Source of the DNA: Chiloscyllium plagiosum
Taxonomy: Eukaryota
Direction of reading: 5' to 3'
Length of the DNA stretch: 64,000 nucleotides
NCBI RefSeq assembly: GCF_004010195.1
Contig: NC_057737.1
Coordinates: 13,504,748 to 13,568,747 of the forward strand
Position 1 is the first letter of the stretch. The number at the start of each line of letters is the position of its first letter. Shown one piece after another: positions 13,575-25,172 of the stretch. The position numbers and the translations under genes are program-made. Under the pieces are notes generated by a model. The model worked only from the letters and a program-made list of their open reading frames with translations. It had not been told where the DNA came from and searched no databases.

Positions 13575-13940
13575 TGCACTCTGGGGTTTAGAAGGTGATC
13601 TCATTGAAACAGAGGATTCTTAAGAGGTTTGATAGAGTAAATGCTGAGATGATATTTCCTCTCATGGGGAAGTCTAAGATGAGAGGGCATAGTCTCAGAA
13701 CAAAGGGGTGAAAATCTAAGAGATAAGAAGGAATGTCTTCTGTCTGAGGGTTGAGTGTCACAGACAGCTGTGTATCTTTAAAGCGGAGTTAGACAAACTC
13801 TTGATCAGTACAAGAAATCAAGAGTTTGGGGAAAAGGCAGGAAAAGTGGACAAGAGTAAGGTTAGATTAGCTGTTATCCTACCATGAATGATGAAGTAGA
13901 TTCAGAGCTGAACAACTGACTCCCATTCCTATTTCTTATG
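13575..13940 (+). mobile_element. CR1-type LINE 3' fragment, old subfamily
   Basis: ggtgatctcattgaaaca..attcttaagaggtttgatagagtaaatgctgagatgatatttcctctcatgggg encodes the GDLIE..RVNAE..FPL motif, followed by a CR1 tail. Confidence 0.7.
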
Positions 13941-14103
13941 TCATGGCCAGCTCAAAATGGGAATTGAGTGACAGTTGTAAATATTTATTAAAATAATGCC
14001 TGTCAGCATACGCTGGAATTCTTAGTTATAAAATTTCCATTCACTTACTCCCTTATTTCCTTGTCCTCAGGACGAGCACTATTATTGGCTAGTTCTCAGG
14101 AGG

Positions 14104-15132
14104 CTGAAAATGCCATTATTGGCTATTGCTGAAAATGCTATAAACCAACCGACTCCCACAGCTACCTAGACTATACCTCCTCCCACCCTACCCCCTGTAA
14201 AAACGCCATCCCATATTCCCAATTCCTTCGTCTCCACCGCATCTGCTCCCAGGAGGACGAGTTCCAAATCCGTACAACCCAGATGGCCTCCTTCTTCAAG
14301 GACCGCAATTTCCCCCTAGACGTGGTTGATGATGCCCTCCACCGCATCTCTTCCACTTCCTGTTCCTCCGCCCTTGAGCCCCGCCCCTCCAACAGCCACC
14401 AGGACAGAACCCCACTGGTCCTCACCTACCACCCCACCAACCTCCATGTCCAGTGTGTCATCCGCCGTCATTTCCACCACCTCCAAACGGACTCCACCAC
14501 CAGGGATANNNNNNNNNNNNNNNNNNNNNNNNNNNNNNNNNNNNNNNNNNNNNNNNNNNNNNNNNNNNNNNNNNNNNNNNNNNNNNNNNNNNNNNNNNNN
14601 NNNNNNNNNNNNNNNNNNNNNNNNNNNNNNNNNNNNNNNNNNNNNNNNNNNNNNNNNNNNNNNNNNNNNNNNNNNNNNNNNNNNNNNNNNNNNNNNNNNN
14701 NNNNNNNNNNNNNNNNNNNNNNNNNNNNNNNNNNNNNNNNNNNNNNNNNNNNNNNNNNNNNNNNNNNNNNNNNNNNNNNNNNNNNNNNNNNNNNNNNNNN
14801 NNNNNNNNNNNNNNNNNNNNNNNNNNNNNNNNNNNNNNNNNNNNNNNNNNNNNNNNNNNNNNNNNNNNNNNNNNNNNNNNNNNNNNNNNNNNGCCTATCA
14901 CCCTCACCTTGACCTCCTTCCACCTATCGCATTTCCAACGCCCCTCCCCCTAGTCCCTCCTCCCTACCTTTTATCTTAGCCTGCTGGGCATACTTTCCTC
15001 ATTCCTGAAGAAGGGCTTATGCCCGAAACGTCGATTCCCCTGTTCCTTGGATGCTGCCTGACCTGCTGTGCTTTTCCAGCAACACATTTTCAGCTCTGAT
15101 CTCCAGCATCTGCAGTCCTTACTTTCTCCTCT
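14104..15132 (+). mobile_element. Penelope-like element, 5'-truncated, with 14-bp TSD (gap 14509-14891)
   Basis: Encodes YKPTDSHSYLDYTSSHPTPCKNAIPYSQFLRLHRICS...PLVLTYHP (PLE RT thumb/linker); TSD tagttctcaggagg at 14090-14103 and 15133-15146. Confidence 0.85.
15005..15036 (+). ncRNA. Minimal hammerhead ribozyme motif in PLE pLTR
   Basis: CTGAAGA-A-GGGC-TTAT-GCCC-GAAA-C-GTC: CUGANGA box, stem II, GAAA and GUC are all present. Confidence 0.7.
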
Positions 15133-16470
15133 TAGTTCTCAGGAGGAACAAGGGTGGTCTCAAACTAATTTTATGCCCAATTTAACTCGTTGCATGTGTT
15201 AATAAGTTCTGATGGTACAGCCAAGATCTGGAAGTTTGTACAGCTTTGAACACTCACACCCACATCCACGTTCTGGTGCTACACTACCCCAAAAAGATAT
15301 CTATTTCAGTAAATAGAGGGAAATTTGATGCAAAATATAAAATCAGCATATTAATACAACACATTTCCGGTATGAGCCATTTTGTTTTAATTTGTTATTC
15401 ACACCCTTTTCAAATCAAAAGTTCAACAATACAAAAGCTTTTTTTTAAAAAAGTTATCAAAATATATCGATGTCAGGTTAAAGAATGTTCTGATATCACA
15501 AGATTAAACGAGTGACAGATCACTAAACAGATTACTGTAGCAGAAAATGTCAACTACCAATTATCAGTTTTAATCATATTCAAGGAAGAGGGGCTATAGT
15601 GTTTTAGACACAGTCAACTCTTTAACCTTTAGGATCAAGAAGTGAGAATGGAATAAAAGAATGCAAAACATTACTACTAACATCACTCAGCCTCTCAAAT
15701 TCCTCATGTTGTGGAATGCTATTCCTGGCATATGGCTTTCACAGTATTTGAACTTTAATCCAAACTAATACAATGAAGCCATTCTATAACTAACCATTTA
15801 ATGTTTATAGAGAGGGTGTGTAGCACACTTTCAAATCTCCACCTATAAAGTGCATCACATTAGGTTATACTAGAGAAAGGACTAGTAGCATGACTCTTAC
15901 AACAGTTTCATCTGATAGACAAGTGTGATTTAAATTGCAGTTACTGAGCTAAAATCAAGTTTGCTCACTTTAACGTTCTTCCTCTGCTTAAATCTGCACA
16001 TTGAAGCAATGTTAAACCCATTTTCTGGCAGAACTATGCTACTACAGATCATGCAATACAACATTTGAAAAAAGGGAAGTCTGATGCTGAACCTATATAT
16101 CCTTGGGTAGAAATGTACCTTTAGCCAAATGCAAAACATTGTGAAAAACAGTTACTTGGGGCATCATTGCAACATCCCACCTTCCTACAAAAACGTCAGA
16201 TTCAAGACAGCGCAGGGGCCATTTGGCTCAAGTCCATTCTGGCTCTCTAGAGCAATCCAGCTCATCCTACTATTCTACTATACATCAATAGCCTTGCAAG
16301 CCCTACTCTATTCTGTTACCCGTCATCAGCAGCAGTCACAAGTTATTTGCGATCACTGTGCAAACAGTTTATTCCTCCCATAGTCCTGAAATCTTAAGAG
16401 TATGTCCATTCATCCTCATACCATCACTGAACATCTTTTCCTCATCTACCTCTTCCAAAATAACATCCTA

Positions 16471-16603
16471 CTAATGAGATTTGAGAAGATTTGTAGCTCA
16501 GGTAGAGGTTCTGGATGTAGGCTTGCTCACTGAGCTGGAAGGTCCATTTTCATGAAATGTTCATGAAAATGAACCTTTCACCTCAGCAAGCAAACCTACA
16601 ACC
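16471..16603. mobile_element. Fold-back insert with 11-bp TSD, probably PLE-derived
   Basis: Inverted arms tgtaggcttgctcactgagctggaaggtccattttcatgaa / ttcatgaaaatgaacctttcacctcagcaagcaaacctaca; TSD ataacatccta at 16460-16470 and 16604-16614. Confidence 0.6.
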
Positions 16604-19470
16604 ATAACATCCTATATACCGCCATCAAAAATCCTCCAAAGAAATTTGTGAACAAATAAAAATGGACAGTTTTGCAAGATTGCAAAATCACATCCTCAAC
16701 ATGGTCTTGCAGCCACAATCTAAAGACTGATAAGCCTATGGCATAAAACTGGCAAATATGAAATATTCACTGAGACAGTCAGGAGGGCTGAGTTGAGCAA
16801 AGGAAATGGAGCCATGATGTGCATTAAGGAGTGTTGGCTAAAAACAACAAAATAGAATTGATATATTTTGGTGGGTTCTCACTTTTCCAATCTATTGTAG
16901 CTGAAACAGTTGTAAAGTGACATAGCCATTGGATTTGAATGGTAAAATGGTATGTGTTACTCAACACATTATAACCTGCACATTTGAGATTTTACCCTAA
17001 TAATGACTTTTAAAAATTAAATTGGATGCTGTAGGTTTGAGAAAATTACTTCCAAAATTTCAGTGTAAATATGAGTCCAAAGCTTGGGAAATACCTACGT
17101 TGTGCTGATTTGCAAAGTTGTACATATTTCTACTGCTTCAAAGTCCAATTAAAATCCAGTTTTTAATAAAAACAATATCTATTCAGAATTCTGCAAGTGG
17201 AAGAGACTACCGAATTCATTGTTAAATAACCATGCCCTCTTAAAACAGGGTTAATGTATCTAGTCCATTTCAATTACCAAATGTGCATGAGCAGAGCTGA
17301 TCTGTTTCACGGATTATCTGAACTATTTCAGGACAAGTGTCACATTTCGCCAAGATGCCAGAATCATGTCTTTCCCCACCCACTTAAATCATTGCTGTAA
17401 AGCCTAGTCAGGTGTCAGGTATTTAGAATGCAACATATTTGTCAAGTACGTGTGCAAACTTGAAACGATTGCAGTTGGTTACACTGTGCATCTAAGTCAC
17501 TGTTCAACTGGGTTAAATTGACCTTCTCAGTGCCACCTTGAAGCAGCGTCAAACTCAAACTCCATTCAGAGGCCTGAAAAAGTTACCTTCTAAAACACAA
17601 AGGCCCAAAAATCAATGGTCTCTGGCAATCTTAACCTAGTAACCTTAATAATCACATGAATGCAGATATATTAAAATATTCCACATTTATTGAGCCAGCT
17701 ATAAAAGCAAGACCTCTACAGATTGTTTCTTAAAACTGCTTTGACTAACCTGGTGCATTTGTGCAAACATTTGTTGAACCACATTCTAGACAAGTGCGTT
17801 AGAAAAATCTTCCTTCTTTGGTCTTTTTAACCCCTCCAAAAAAAAAGGAAGAAATAGGAAGCATTCTCATTAGTACCTTTCTAAAAATTACAAGTGCTTG
17901 AGCAGTTTTAAAGTGGCTGAACCCTTCGCAATTCTCCCTTCTTCCCTCACCTTCCCAAAACAAAACTGACTGTGAAATATACCAAATACCCTATCTTCCA
18001 ACTGGAGATGGAACAATCTGGTAATATTAAACTTGATTTTCATTCAATGCTAATAGCCAATGTGTCTTAAAGGAACAGTCCATCTCCCGCCCAAAATCAA
18101 ACTGGAAATCTTGTTTTCATGCAACCTTTTACAATCACTCACTTTACCACCACTGATTTGTTAATTCCAAGTTTTAAAAAAATCAGATCTATTTGAATTG
18201 GACAGCTTCGTGATCGGCAGTTGATGATTGATCACGCAAGATAATTACTTTTTCTTTTCAAACCATAAAATTTTATCATGTTCAGTTTCGTAGAGTAAAT
18301 TCTCTGCTTTAACATCATTTGACTCATTTTAATCACAATGAGAATAAACCACAAAAGTAGGATGAGGGGGTAATGCCTGATATAAATTAAAGGTAAATTC
18401 TAGCAGGTCAGAAAGTTGCTTAATGAATGGTGCAGGTAGGTAATGGTCCAGTGTCAGCAAGACTCATTCGAGGAGCAAGCAGATGTCTTGATAGCAAGGA
18501 GAGAATGAAGCTCTCATCTGCATCCATCTGGTTTGGCTACTCAATTCTAATCAGGAGAATAACTCCTTTTGTCATACAACAGCCATGTAGTTTTCACACT
18601 TGTTAAGAGGATTAAGGGGTGGGACGGGGGTGGAGGGAGGCGAAGATTAAGGTAAAATGAAATTGTTTAATATAAGCAAATATGGGATGATGTTACCATT
18701 TACCAGGCAATTAGTACATTTCAAAACTAAGTCCTACTACATTTAAATTTCAGTTGGCCCATAGGGGAATTGTTCTTCATTGAACAGAGGCCCACAGTAA
18801 TACTTTCACAAAAAATGTGGTTACCAGTGTGTACTTCATTTGTACAAACTCTCATTCTAGCATGAGACAAACTAGAAAAAGATCTAAAAGATTCCACATT
18901 GCAACCCAATGGCAATTGTTTGATTTTTCACAGTGTAGGAGAAATTAATTCCAATATACCTCAGGTTTACCTATTCCAAACCTTACACTGCTAATTGTAC
19001 TTCAAATGAATTAATCCATGTTTCAAATACAGCATTTACCATTATTTACACATGTATCAAATGCACAGGAAATATTTTTATGTATTGATTAGAACAAATT
19101 GATGCATGCAGTGATATTTCCTCAGGTTCACATTTACAGTCTTTTGCCTGCAACCCCAGTCTCATACCCAAAATGAAAGCAAAGCCTTCAGCATCTCCAG
19201 TCTCTGTGTAGGCTGGTCGTGACCAGACACAGCCAAGCTCAACTCCTTCCCAACAGAGCTTCAGGAACCAAGCACCCATTCTGCCAGAGACTGAAACAGG
19301 CTCCCAGTAAATGGGTAACAGCTGAGACATTGCACCTCAACACCCATCTCCAGCCTGTGCATGTTAAAACAATTAATACCACAATTGGTTGTGTGTGTTT
19401 TGCTTCCTTAATCTATTCCCGTCTTATACATATTAATGGCAATAAAATCTCTAAAAGGAAATTCCTAAAC

Positions 19471-19476
19471 TTTATT
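19471..19476 (-). other. Candidate proximal poly(A) signal of RFLNB
   Basis: AATAAA on minus ~160 nt past the stop codon; another AATAAA lies near 17686, so usage is undetermined. Confidence 0.3.
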
Positions 19477-19637
19477 GTGCGATTAAAAAAGAAACACAAT
19501 GTAGGCTATGTTGCAAGGAGCAAAAAAAATACAGTATTGAAGAGATTCAGAAGCTTTTTTTGAAGAGTCTAAAAAGTTAAACTTTTTTAAAAATCCTCTT
19601 TCGAAGAAAAAAAAACACAGGCTGTGGTTAAGTCAAG

Positions 19638-19971
19638 TCACTGGCTATCCTGGAACACCATTTCACTGCCATTGTAATCTGTGGCTTCAAGTTCCACACT
19701 GGACAAGAATTTCCGTGCTGCTTTTCTGCAGTTGTAATCCACAGTGGTTGTATAGACTGTCTTTGCATACTTTGGGTACACAATGATAGTGCTGCGGAAC
19801 CTCCACGGTTTGTGTTGCGGCTCAAATCTCAGCTCCGTCTTGTAGTTCCGCCATGTGCAATTGGGAACGCAGATGACTGTCTGGCTGCAGGAATCAACAC
19901 CCAGTGTGTGCTGGAGGAGTACATTGTTGACATAGTGTCGGTCCGAATCGTATTTCACAGAGGAGGTGTAC
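19638..19971 (-). CDS. RFLNB: Refilin B coding exon 3 (filamin-binding C-terminal region)
   Basis: Acceptor ttcccag|G; encodes YTSSVKYDSDRHY...SCSQTVICVPNCTWRNYKTELRFEP...STIIVYPKYAKTVYTTTVDYNCRKAARKFLSSVELEA, matching the refilin C-terminus; TGA at 19640-19638. Confidence 0.95.
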
Positions 19972-20255
19972 CTGGGAACATGCAGACAAGGCACCTTTTA
20001 TTCAAAACATTAACTTTCCTATACAAAACCAGCATGCCAAATCACAAGAGTCTTACACTGGATGGTAGCCTAGAGGAAATAGCCAGGATGTTACTACCGA
20101 GGAATTCGACTATTGGGGAATCAAACATGCTTGTTTCCATTTCTTACAAAGCTCTCCAAGGCACAATCTATTTAGGCGGGGGGGGGGGATAGTGTTTTAA
20201 TTCGATGACCGACGAATGGCAAATCTAAAATCATCAGAAAATACATTTGTGACTA

Positions 20256-20607
20256 CAGTAGTGCCTCGACTTAGGAACTTAATCCATTCCAGGACCCGGT
20301 TCGCGAACCGAAAAGTTCGCGAACTGAATCAATTTTTCCCATTGTTCGGATAGTGTAAGAATGCTTGGACGGTTATTCACAGCGCGTGCGCCAAAGACGA
20401 ACTGAATGAGATCATGCGGGGCCCAAGAGCTTTTGCGTTCAACAAGCGCGTAGCAAAGTAGAACAATGAAACCACGTGGTCGCACACGGGCTTTTTGCAT
20501 TCGTACCTTGAATTTCGTACGTACGTTGAAGCAAAATTTTACGTACAATCCTATTCGTAAACTGATTTGTGTATGAACGGGGTCGTTCATATGTCGAGAC
20601 GCTACTG
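20256..20607. mobile_element. Tigger/pogo-type (Tc1/mariner) MITE, 352 bp
   Basis: TA|CAGTAGTGCCTCGACTTAGGAAC...GTTCATATGTCGAGACGCTACTG|TA: imperfect ~23-bp TIRs beginning CAGT, a TA TSD, and subterminal TTCG(C/T)A repeats. Confidence 0.8.
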
Positions 20608-21583
20608 TACTTGGATAGAACTTGCAAGGCCAGTTCAGGAAGAGCAGCTTACAGTCCACCAAACATTTTAACAAAATGTCACACACAAATATCTTGCTTT
20701 AGAATTTGACCTTCTAGTTAAGATTTGTTCCAAGTCCTGGTGTGAAAAGGAAGTATCTGTCAATCAAAGGACAATGGGAATCAAAGATATCCCAGCAAAT
20801 AAACACTGTAGGTATTGGAATACCCAGTTTGAGACTTCAGGAGCAGTTAGTCTCAAAGAATGAGGGGGGAGGGATGCAGCAACCAATTTGTCAGCCCTAT
20901 GTAACCAACTTATAAAAGGAGTGAGGGGGTTAGAGGTCAAGCTGCTGGCTGGTTGACCAGCCTAGGGGCAAAAGGGCAAAAACACTTGATCTAAGTCATT
21001 TGTTAAAAATATCTAGTAAAGTGGGAAACATAGCAGGAGCACACTTATTCCTTTTAAAATGGAGCTAACCAGGGACCCAACTGAAATTTTACCCAGAAGA
21101 CTTACATATAGCAATGTAACAGGAACAGCCTGCCACATTTTATTACAAGATAGCTAGCAATAAAGTTTGGGTGACAAGGGAACCCATTGCTGCCAGGAGT
21201 TTGTGGTGTAATGAAAGCCTGGGTTCAAGTCCCACTTTCTCCAGAGATATGTAATAACTCTGACCAGGTTGATTAGAAAAATAGGTTAAAAACAACCAAT
21301 CTGGTTTTGAGAGCGTACAGCCAGTCATACCGATTTAACAAAAACATCTAGAAAATGTTCAGTTTGTAATGCTGGGGGTACAGTGCAGAAATGGGATATG
21401 GAGAATTTGCTCATGGTGCCGGCTCCATTTATCAGTCCATAATAATCCCAACATGGATTTTTATAAAGGTAAGAGGAAGCAAAATTTGTATTGCTCAATT
21501 ACAATTTTTTTCCCATTTTACCACTGGGGAAAAAAAAGCCCAAAACATCTCGCAACTCTAGCACCAAGCGTCATATTATTTAC

Positions 21584-21693
21584 CTAATCTCCTTCGGTGG
21601 CAAAGGGTCCACTTCAACACCTTCTCCAAATGACGATGGCTGCAGCCTTGGCCCAAACCCTGTGATTAGGAAAGAGGAAGTAACTGGAGCGTC
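21584..21693 (-). CDS. RFLNB: Refilin B coding exon 2
   Basis: ttgcag|GAC...ATTAG|gtaaat; 110 nt encoding DAPVTSSFLITGFGPRLQPSSFGEGVEVDPLPPKEI(R), which carries the refilin SFGEGVE.DPLPPKE.R motif; phases fit exons 1 and 3. Confidence 0.93.
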
Positions 21694-22924
21694 CTGCAAC
21701 AAAAAACAAATGGCAAAAGATGTAAGCTTTGAGAGTTTAGTGTGGACAATGCAGCCTTATGAACCTCAGCTCCAAAGGCAGTCTTCAATTGAGTATCGTG
21801 AAACTCATGGTATTTGAAAAGCAGCAAACTCCATTCCTGGAGGGGGATAAAATCTCAAATTTGCTGAACCTTAACTGAGATTTGGAATACAAGTGGTGTG
21901 GTAAATCAGTAAGACAGCTGCCTTTGTTTTTAAATCAAGCACCTCCTTTCAGAGACCAACAGCTGTGTTTACAACCAGTTGACGTCAAAACCAATTAGTT
22001 GTTTGAGTTCCAAGAATAGAAATGTACTTGAAACTTGTGAATTTGTCTCCATCAAGAGGAAGAGTGTGGCCAACCATGATGACAGCCTTCTGAACTGACA
22101 CATTAGTAATGGATAGTAAAGAGGTGTAAGGTGCAGTCAATGCAACTCAGCTCTAGTCCTGCAGCTGAACCAGCTGTCAACTGTATTTTAAAATGCTGAA
22201 AAAATTCCATTCTCCTGCTCCAATGTCCACAAGGAACAGAATCCCAGTGATAGATAGATCAATACAAATCCTAGGACAGAAAGTGAGATGGCATTAGCCA
22301 GAGATAGTCAAATGCTGCTGTGACCACATACTTGCCACCAGAGACAAGTTAGTGAATGAATGCCAATGTTGCAAAACTGGTATCCAAACACTCAATAAGT
22401 GAGATAGTAGTGGTAGAGAGAGAAAAACAAAACAAGTTAACATTTTGGGTTGATAGCTTCTATCAGACAAGTGACAAGCAGCTGGTTAGGTTTTATTAAT
22501 AGTTTTAATATAGACAGTGACGTTTGAATCAATTATTTTGGGAAGCAGATGAATTTTATAGAATTGAGTGTTCGCCCAACCCCCCCCAAGAGTAAACCTT
22601 GTTCATGAGCTGCTATCATTCACCATCAAATTACTGGATATGAAACAAAACTTAAATGGGAGTTAACATCTTACTGTGCGCTCAAGAGGGAAAGAGGACC
22701 CAAGCACCAGATAAACAGTACAAGCACTACCACTGGAATCTAAGGATGACCTAGGGCTCATCACCCTTTGAAAATCCTGTTTACGTGATATTTTGCAATT
22801 TCCAAAAGTGTATTCTGATGTACAGGCAGATCTTTTGCCGACTGTTTCCTGTGATTTATTGTTATCGAGACTGCATTCACTACAAGCGTAGAGTGAGTTT
22901 GTAGTGCCACATGTGTACCCAGCT

Positions 22925-23305
22925 GAGATCTGTTCTATTAGATGTCCTAAAACACTAAAGCTAATAAAGCAAGTGTGGTCACTATTGTAATGTGGAAACA
23001 AGACTGAATTTGGGCACAACAAACAGTCATGTGATAATAACTGGACAGTCTCTTTTTGAGATGTTGATTGGGAAATGAACTTCAAAATGCTTCCAAGAAC
23101 TCCTTTGCTGGTCTTTGAACTGGTGTCATGGGATCCTTTACCACCAGAGGGCAGGCAGAGCCTTGACTTTAACATCTTATCCAAAAGACAGCACCCACAA
23201 CGGTGCAACACTCCTTCAGTACTGTACTAGATTACAAGTAACTGGAGTGGGGCCTGAACCGACAACCTCATGACTCAGAGGGGGAGTGGGTATGCTACCA
23301 ACTGA
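22925..23305 (-). mobile_element. Deu-domain SINE (SacSINE/AmnSINE-like)
   Basis: gggcaggcagagccttgactttaacatcttatccaaaagacagcacc...gcaacactccttcagtactgtactag resembles the Deu core, with a tRNA-like head at ~23250-23305. Confidence 0.6.
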
Positions 23306-23607
23306 GCAACTGAATGGTCTAAATTCACAAGCCAGTGAGGAGACACTTACAGCTTTCTCCAGCCCAAACTTCTGAGGGAGGCTTGGGAAAGGTGAAAACA
23401 CATGAAAACCATCAAGCAGTTTTTGCAGAGTGCATGCTTTTTGTGTGTGTGTATGGTTTTGCTTTCTTGCTCCTTCACAGGAGTCCCACAATATTTATAT
23501 ATGGAGGTTTTCATTCCCTATTTCTATTGAGCAATCACACCTCCACCCATCTGCTTTTGTCTCAAGTATTCAACTCACATTTCCATGAGGTTGGCTGTCA
23601 CTGAACT

Positions 23608-23720
23608 TTTGCCCGAAACGTCAATTTTACTGCTCCTCGGATGCTGCCTGAACTGCTGTTCTCTTCCAGCACCACTAATCCAGAATCTGCTTTCCAGCAT
23701 CTGCAGTCATTGTTTTTACC
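23608..23720 (+). mobile_element. Short PLE pLTR insert with ~13-bp TSD
   Basis: ttttgcccgaaacgtc...ccagcatctgcagtcattgtttttacc flanked by ctgtcactgaact (23595-23607) and ctgtgactgaact (23721-23733). Confidence 0.7.
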
Positions 23721-24323
23721 CTGTGACTGAACTAGGTAAGTAAATGTGTGTCAAGTCCCAATAGGCAGATTGTGCAAATCTGTTAAAAGCGGGAGGTCTG
23801 AAATGCCAGCATTTTCTTGTTTCACTGCCCATGTCTGCCATTCCCTTGTTTTATAAAGAGATCAAGCAATTAGTGCCAAAAACTCTAACCATTCTAAATT
23901 TTCACAGGCTGTAAAAACATTAATCTTTTATATCCACACACAACAATAATCGATTGCACAAGGCAGGTTGCCTTGTAAGGACTGTCAGGCTGTGACGATA
24001 ATTGCCAGTCCATGTAATTTTCCACCCATCCCCTCTGTATTCACTCACTGACAATACACTATTAACTTAATTCAAAAGCGGTTTCTCAAGACAAAAACAG
24101 CTATCCTTGAATTTCCCCTTAATTACTAAGTTCCAGTATTCAACTACATGCAGAGCTGTCAAGCTACCTCCATAGGGACCTGTGTAAGCCACTTTGCTGC
24201 TGGTTGTTTCTAAATGTTGATAATTAAATAAGTGGTGCTTTCTCCCCCCTCTTCAAACAAGAAATAGGGGGTTACATCTCACCATGCTTTGGGCTGACAA
24301 ATAGGAAACTCAACAAAAGTTTC

Positions 24324-25172
24324 TTAGAAGACAGAGGGTGGTGGTGGTGGAGGGTTGTTTTTCAGACTGGAGGCCTGTGACCAGTGGAGTGCCACAAGGA
24401 TCGGTGCTGGGCCCTCTACTTTTTGTCATTAACATAAATGATTTGGGTGTGAGCATAAGAGGTACAATTAGTAATTTGCAGATGACATCAAAATTGGAGG
24501 TGTAGTGGACAGCAAAGAGGGTTACCTCAGATTACAACAGGATCTGGACCAGATGGGCCAATGTGCTGAGAAGTAGCAGATGGAGTTTAATTCAGATAAA
24601 TGCAAGGTGCTACATCTTGAATATTGCGTATAATTCTGGTCTCCTTCCTATCAGAAAGATGTGAAACTTGAAAGGGTTCAGAAAAGATTTACAAGGATGT
24701 TGCCAGGGTTGGAGGATATGAGCTACAACGAGAGGCTGAACAGGCTGGGGCTGTTTTCCCTGGAGTGTCGGAGACTGAGGGGTGACCTTATAGAGGTTTA
24801 TAAAATTATGAGAGGCATGGATAGGATAAATAAACAAAGTTTTTTCCCGGGGAGTCCAGAGTCCAGAACTAGAGGGCATAGGTTGAGGATGAGAGGGGAA
24901 AGATATAAAAGAGACATAAGGGGCAATTTTTTCACGCAGAGAGTGGTACGGGTATGGAATGAGCTGTCAGAGAATGTGGTGGAGTCTGGTACAATTGCAA
25001 CATTTAAGAGACATTTGGATGGGTATATGAATAGGAAGGGTTTGGAGGGATATGTGCTGGGTGCTGGGTGCTGGTAGGTGGGACTAGATTGGGTTGGAAT
25101 GTCTGGTGGGCATGGACGGGTTGGACTGAAGGGTCTGTTTTCATGCTGTACATCTCTACGGCTCTATGACTC
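24324..25172 (+). mobile_element. CR1-type LINE RT/3' fragment
   Basis: [15 protein letters not shown] and (F)ADD RT motifs, then ORF 24661-25077 KLERVQKRFTRMLPGL...RGDLIEVYKIM; tail ctctatgactcta. Confidence 0.9.

Noticed and set aside
14283-14979. Long ORFs spanning X runs (also 2232-2676)
   Set aside because: Their length is an artefact of N gaps; the real parts are PLE sequence.
19812-20192. Plus-strand ORF over RFLNB exon 3 (likewise 41778-42146, 21491-21817, and minus 4872-5195 over LIAT1)
   Set aside because: These are antisense shadows of real exons with no recognisable protein features.
20279-20686. 135-aa minus ORF as a possible transposase
   Set aside because: No DDE or HTH motif is visible, and it runs past the element boundary of a 352-bp MITE.
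24661-25077. RT-like ORFs as host genes or an active LINE (also 36-37, 49-50 and 57 kb)
   Set aside because: All are 5'-truncated CR1 pieces with stops or frameshifts; no intact ORF2 is present.
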